A stretch of DNA of 32,000 bases, from the NCBI RefSeq assembly GCF_001457615.1, contig NZ_LN831024.1, positions 3,990,001-4,022,000 on the forward strand. The letters run 5' to 3'. The position numbers were made by a program, and so were the translations under genes. Numbering within the stretch: position 1 is the stretch's first letter; each line of letters starts with the position of its first letter. The DNA is from Pseudomonas aeruginosa. Its GTDB lineage: Bacteria > Pseudomonadota > Gammaproteobacteria > Pseudomonadales > Pseudomonadaceae. Positions 28,673 through 32,000 of this stretch are shown here, piece by piece. The notes below the pieces were generated by a model. The model ran no database searches. It worked only from the letters and a program-made list of their open reading frames with translations, and was not told the origin of the DNA.

Positions 28673-29179
28673 TCATCGAGCCGGCAGCTCGCTCCGCTCC
28701 GGCATGGCCGCCAGGCGCTGGCGCATTTCCTCGCTGGCGGCAGGCCCGGCCTGCACGGTGCATTGCTCCAGCGGTACCGTTCGGCCATCGGCGAGAGCCG
28801 CCAGGAACGAGCGCACCGGCCGCCCGCTTGTTCGCTCGACGAGCTGCACGCTCTGCCCTTCCTCTGCGTAGTGGCGATTACCCCAGGCGACGAAAGCCAT
28901 GAGCACGAGGCGAAAATCCTCGCCCTTGGCCGTAGGCACGTACTGATAGCGCAGCGGACGCTGGCTGTAGGGCTGGCGTTCGAGCAGGCCCGCCTCCACC
29001 AGCGCGTTCAGGCGCCGGGTGAGCATGTTCGGCGCGATATCCAGGCTGCGGGAAAATTCGTCGAAGCGGCGCAGGCCCTGAAGCGCATCGCGCATGATCA
29101 GGATGCTCCACCATTCGCCGACCCGTTCCAGGCTGCGGGCGATGGGGCATTCGGCATCGGCGAAGGTCTTGCGTTGCAT
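28673..29179 (-). CDS. HxlR-family winged-helix transcriptional regulator
   Basis: From [86 protein letters not shown]. Confidence 0.92.
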   Translation of the reverse strand: MQRKTFADAECPIARSLERVGEWWSILIMRDALQGLRRFDEFSRSLDIAPNMLTRRLNALVEAGLLERQPYSQRPLRYQYVPTAKGEDFRLVLMAFVAWGNRHYAEEGQSVQLVERTSGRPVRSFLAALADGRTVPLEQCTVQAGPAASEEMRQRLAAMPERSELPAR

Positions 29180-29287
29180 GGTTCTTCCTTGGCGAGGCTC
29201 ACAAAGTGCTGGTCCGCATGTTACTTTCATGATGATAGTTACGTCCACTGACTGCTATTCCAACGGAACAGAAGGACTCGGACCCTC

Positions 29288-30556
29288 ATGAGCAAACGTA
29301 TCGTCGTCACCGGCATGGGCGCGGTCAGCCCGCTGGGCTGCGGAGTCGAACCCATATGGCAACGCCTGCTGGCCGGGCAATCGGGCATCGCCAAGCTCCC
29401 GGCGGAGCTGATCGGCGACCTGCCCATCAGCATCGGCGGCCAGGTCCCCGACCGTGCCCGGGACCCGCAGGCCGGCTTCGATCCCGACCTGCTGCTGGCC
29501 GCCAAGGAACAACGCAAGATGGACCGCTTCATCCTCTTCGCCCTGGCCGCCGCGCAAGAGGCCCTGGCGCAGGCCGGCTGGGCGCCGCAGAGCGCCGAGG
29601 CGCAGGAGCGCACGGCGACCGTCATCGCCTCCGGGGTAGGCGGCTTCCATGCCATCGCCGAAGCGGTGCGGACCACCGACGGCAAGGGGCCGCGACGCCT
29701 GTCGCCCTTCACCATCCCGTCCTTTCTCTGCAACATGGCGGCCGCCCATGTATCGATCCGCCATGGCTTCAAGGGACCGCTGGGCGCCCCGGTGACCGCC
29801 TGCGCGGCGGGCGTGCAGGCCATCGGCGACGCGGCGCGGATGATCCGCGCGGGAGAGGTCGACGTGGCGCTCTGCGGCGGCGCGGAAGCGACCATCCACC
29901 GGGTCAGCCTGGCCGGCTTCGCCGCCGCGCGCGCCCTGTCCAGCGATTTCAACGACAGCCCCGAGCGCGCCTCGCGCCCCTTCGACCAGGCCCGCGACGG
30001 CTTCGTCATGGGCGAAGGCGCCGGCCTACTGGTCATCGAGGAACTGGAGCACGCCCTGGCGCGCGGCGCCAGGCCCATCGCCGAGCTGGTGGGCTACGGC
30101 ACCAGCGCCGACGCCTACCACATGACCGCCGGGCCGGAAGATGGCAGCGGCGCCCGCCGGGCCATGCAGCAGGCGCTGCGCCAGGCCGGCGTGGAAGCGG
30201 CCGCGGTGCAGCACCTGAATGCCCACGCCACCTCCACCCAGGTAGGCGACAAGGGCGAACTGGCCGCCATCAAGGCCGTGTTCGGCACCGGCAGCGGGCT
30301 CGCCATCAGCGCGACCAAATCCGCCACCGGCCACCTCCTGGGCGCCGCCGGCGGCATCGAGGCGATCTTCACGGTCCTGGCACTGCGCGACCAGCTCGCC
30401 CCCGCCACGCTCAACCTGGAAACGCCCGACACCGACGCCGAGGGCCTCGACCTGGTTCGCGGCGAAGCCCGGCGCTGGCCGATGGAACACGCGCTGTCCA
30501 ATGGCTTCGGCTTCGGCGGGGTGAATGCCAGCCTGTTGTTCCGGCGTTGGGTGTAG
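29288..30556 (+). CDS. beta-ketoacyl-[acyl-carrier-protein] synthase II-like (FabF family)
   Basis: 422 aa; VVTGMGAVSPLGCGVEPIWQRLLAG, GAPVTACAAGVQAIGDAARMI (catalytic Cys), NAHATSTQVGDKGELAAIKAVFG, SATKSATGHLLGAAGGIEAIFTVLAL, SNGFGFGGVNASLLF. Confidence 0.94.
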   Translation: MSKRIVVTGMGAVSPLGCGVEPIWQRLLAGQSGIAKLPAELIGDLPISIGGQVPDRARDPQAGFDPDLLLAAKEQRKMDRFILFALAAAQEALAQAGWAPQSAEAQERTATVIASGVGGFHAIAEAVRTTDGKGPRRLSPFTIPSFLCNMAAAHVSIRHGFKGPLGAPVTACAAGVQAIGDAARMIRAGEVDVALCGGAEATIHRVSLAGFAAARALSSDFNDSPERASRPFDQARDGFVMGEGAGLLVIEELEHALARGARPIAELVGYGTSADAYHMTAGPEDGSGARRAMQQALRQAGVEAAAVQHLNAHATSTQVGDKGELAAIKAVFGTGSGLAISATKSATGHLLGAAGGIEAIFTVLALRDQLAPATLNLETPDTDAEGLDLVRGEARRWPMEHALSNGFGFGGVNASLLFRRWV

Positions 30557-31276
30557 GGTGGGCGACCCCTCTGCCAGTCGTTCCTGAGCACGCTGGCGGA
30601 GGGGAAGCCACTCATGTCGCATTGCCCCAGAGCGTGTGGGTTTTCCTATGCTGTAACTGCGTCGTGATGGTCTAGGCGCGATCTGGATTCGTGGGGCAAT
30701 TGCTTGTGGAGTGGGCGTTCAATGACCGCTTTCGGCCAAGAGCGGACTTACCCTTTCGTTTAGATTGATCTGCCCAGCAGGGAGTCAGTAAGGAAATGGA
30801 ATGATCGAAGGCCGCTGAACTGATCTTGCTTACTCAATCATGATGGCCATCGCCCTTGGACTTTATGTCAGTGCAAGCGGTGTAGTGCAGCGTGCTCTCG
30901 TGGGGAGCGTGACGAGCCAGCGTTAGCTGTCCTCCACGAGAAGCGGCTAGGGCTCGGAAGCTGCCGTTCGACCAAAGAAGACGAACTACCTAACAGAGTT
31001 TGCACCATGAGTTGCCCTCGGCAATGATCGGCAGGCTCTCGGGTCGAATAGCCGACCCAGATGTTTACCAGACTTAAGAGAGACGATACGGTAAACTCTC
31101 ATGGGCGGGTGTAAGTCTGGTCTTTCCGTTAGTGCTGGCGGAACCCTTTCGGGCTCTATCGTGAGATGCTGTCATGCCTTTGGTAGCTGATTATTATCGC
31201 GCTAGCGCTGTGAAATTCTCACTTTTTGAATACTTATGTTCTGCCAAGAAAAAACATTAAAAAATGGAAGCGTCCA

Positions 31277-31750
31277 ATGATCTCGTTAAGACCTATGCGA
31301 GAAAGCGAATTCTCAGGTTATCTCGATTATTTTGTCCCTGCCTATGCATCTGAGATTTCATCCAGTCATAGGCTTTCGTACAGTGAATCTCTTGTGCAAG
31401 CCAAATTGGAAATAGCAGATGATTTACCTGACGGTATCAATACGGCTGGACAATTTTTGCTGTGCCTGTACGATCCGGCAGATGGCCCCGAAGAAGTCAT
31501 AGGATATCTGTGGTACGAAGAGGATCTGTCCCTGCACTTGGCATTTATAAATGATTTCCACATTCTTCCCGTCCACCAGGGAAAAGGTCTCGCCAAGCAG
31601 GCCTTGGAGTCTTTGGAGCGGGAGCTTAAACTTCGAGGATTTCAACAGATAAAATTACGAGTAGCTGGCGACAACGAACGAGCCAAACATGTTTATGAAG
31701 GCAGTGGCTTTTGTGTGACCGGTATCAATATGAGCAAGCCGCTCGTTTAG
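31277..31750 (+). CDS. GNAT-family N-acetyltransferase in a lower-GC context
   Basis: From MISLRPMRESEFSGYLDYFVPAYASEI; LHLAFINDFHILPVHQGKGLAKQALESLERELKLRGFQQIKLRVAGDNERAKHVYEGSGFCVTGINMSK. Confidence 0.85.
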   Translation: MISLRPMRESEFSGYLDYFVPAYASEISSSHRLSYSESLVQAKLEIADDLPDGINTAGQFLLCLYDPADGPEEVIGYLWYEEDLSLHLAFINDFHILPVHQGKGLAKQALESLERELKLRGFQQIKLRVAGDNERAKHVYEGSGFCVTGINMSKPLV

Positions 31751-32000
31751 TAGTGAGGTTGCTACCGTTCGCGTACTGGCGTTTGATTACAATGAGTTCG
31801 AGGTAATGATGCGAAATTGCCCATCAGAGTAAGCGCTATTGCCTGCACTTTGGCAAATATCTGAGTGTGCGCTGGAGCATACCACGCTTCGCTGCACTGC
31901 TCTGCGATAACTCTATGAGTCGCGGTAGGGTTTTGTAGACATGGATTTTTAGTTTTGGGTTGAACGTGTCCTTGGCTTGGCTTCACAAAACTCCTTGTGG

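Noticed and set aside
29356-30675. 439-aa plus-strand ORF overlapping the FabF-like gene in another frame
   Set aside because: Arg/Gly/Pro-rich out-of-frame translation of a well-supported KAS gene.
1-32000. CRISPR arrays, tRNA/rRNA genes, prophage or transposase genes
   Set aside because: Scanned for spaced direct repeats, tRNA-like sequence and integrase/transposase motifs; none convincing by eye.

Overview
GC-rich Pseudomonas chromosome segment; sequence and gene order match my recollection of the P. aeruginosa PAO1 PA1399-PA1373 region. This is recalled from knowledge, not searched. Core genes flank an accessory block at about 4.45-22.03 kb. They are a LysR C-terminal fragment, a LuxR-type response regulator, a hybrid histidine kinase resembling the PA1396 DSF-sensor locus, AraC and SDR genes, a GNAT, aceK, pdxB, an HxlR regulator and a FabF-like KAS. 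The block has AT-rich gaps and looks like one dedicated pathway: (i) stand-alone APS kinase cysC; (ii) a P-loop sulfotransferase-like protein plus a second sulfotransferase domain fused to a glycosyltransferase; (iii) at least five glycosyltransferases, galE, and a Wzt-like ABC ATPase with a C-terminal extension but no visible Wzm permease; (iv) a ~600-aa signal-peptide-bearing protein of unknown family with its own terminator; (v) a lipoprotein GspD-like secretin overlapping a small GspC-like gene. I propose a sulfated-glycan/secreted surface protein system with a dedicated GspCD-like pair. Two glycosyltransferase genes carry one-base frameshifts at G4 tracts, and a third may have a +1 frame change near its 3' end, so the glycan arm may be inactive, switched or mis-sequenced here.
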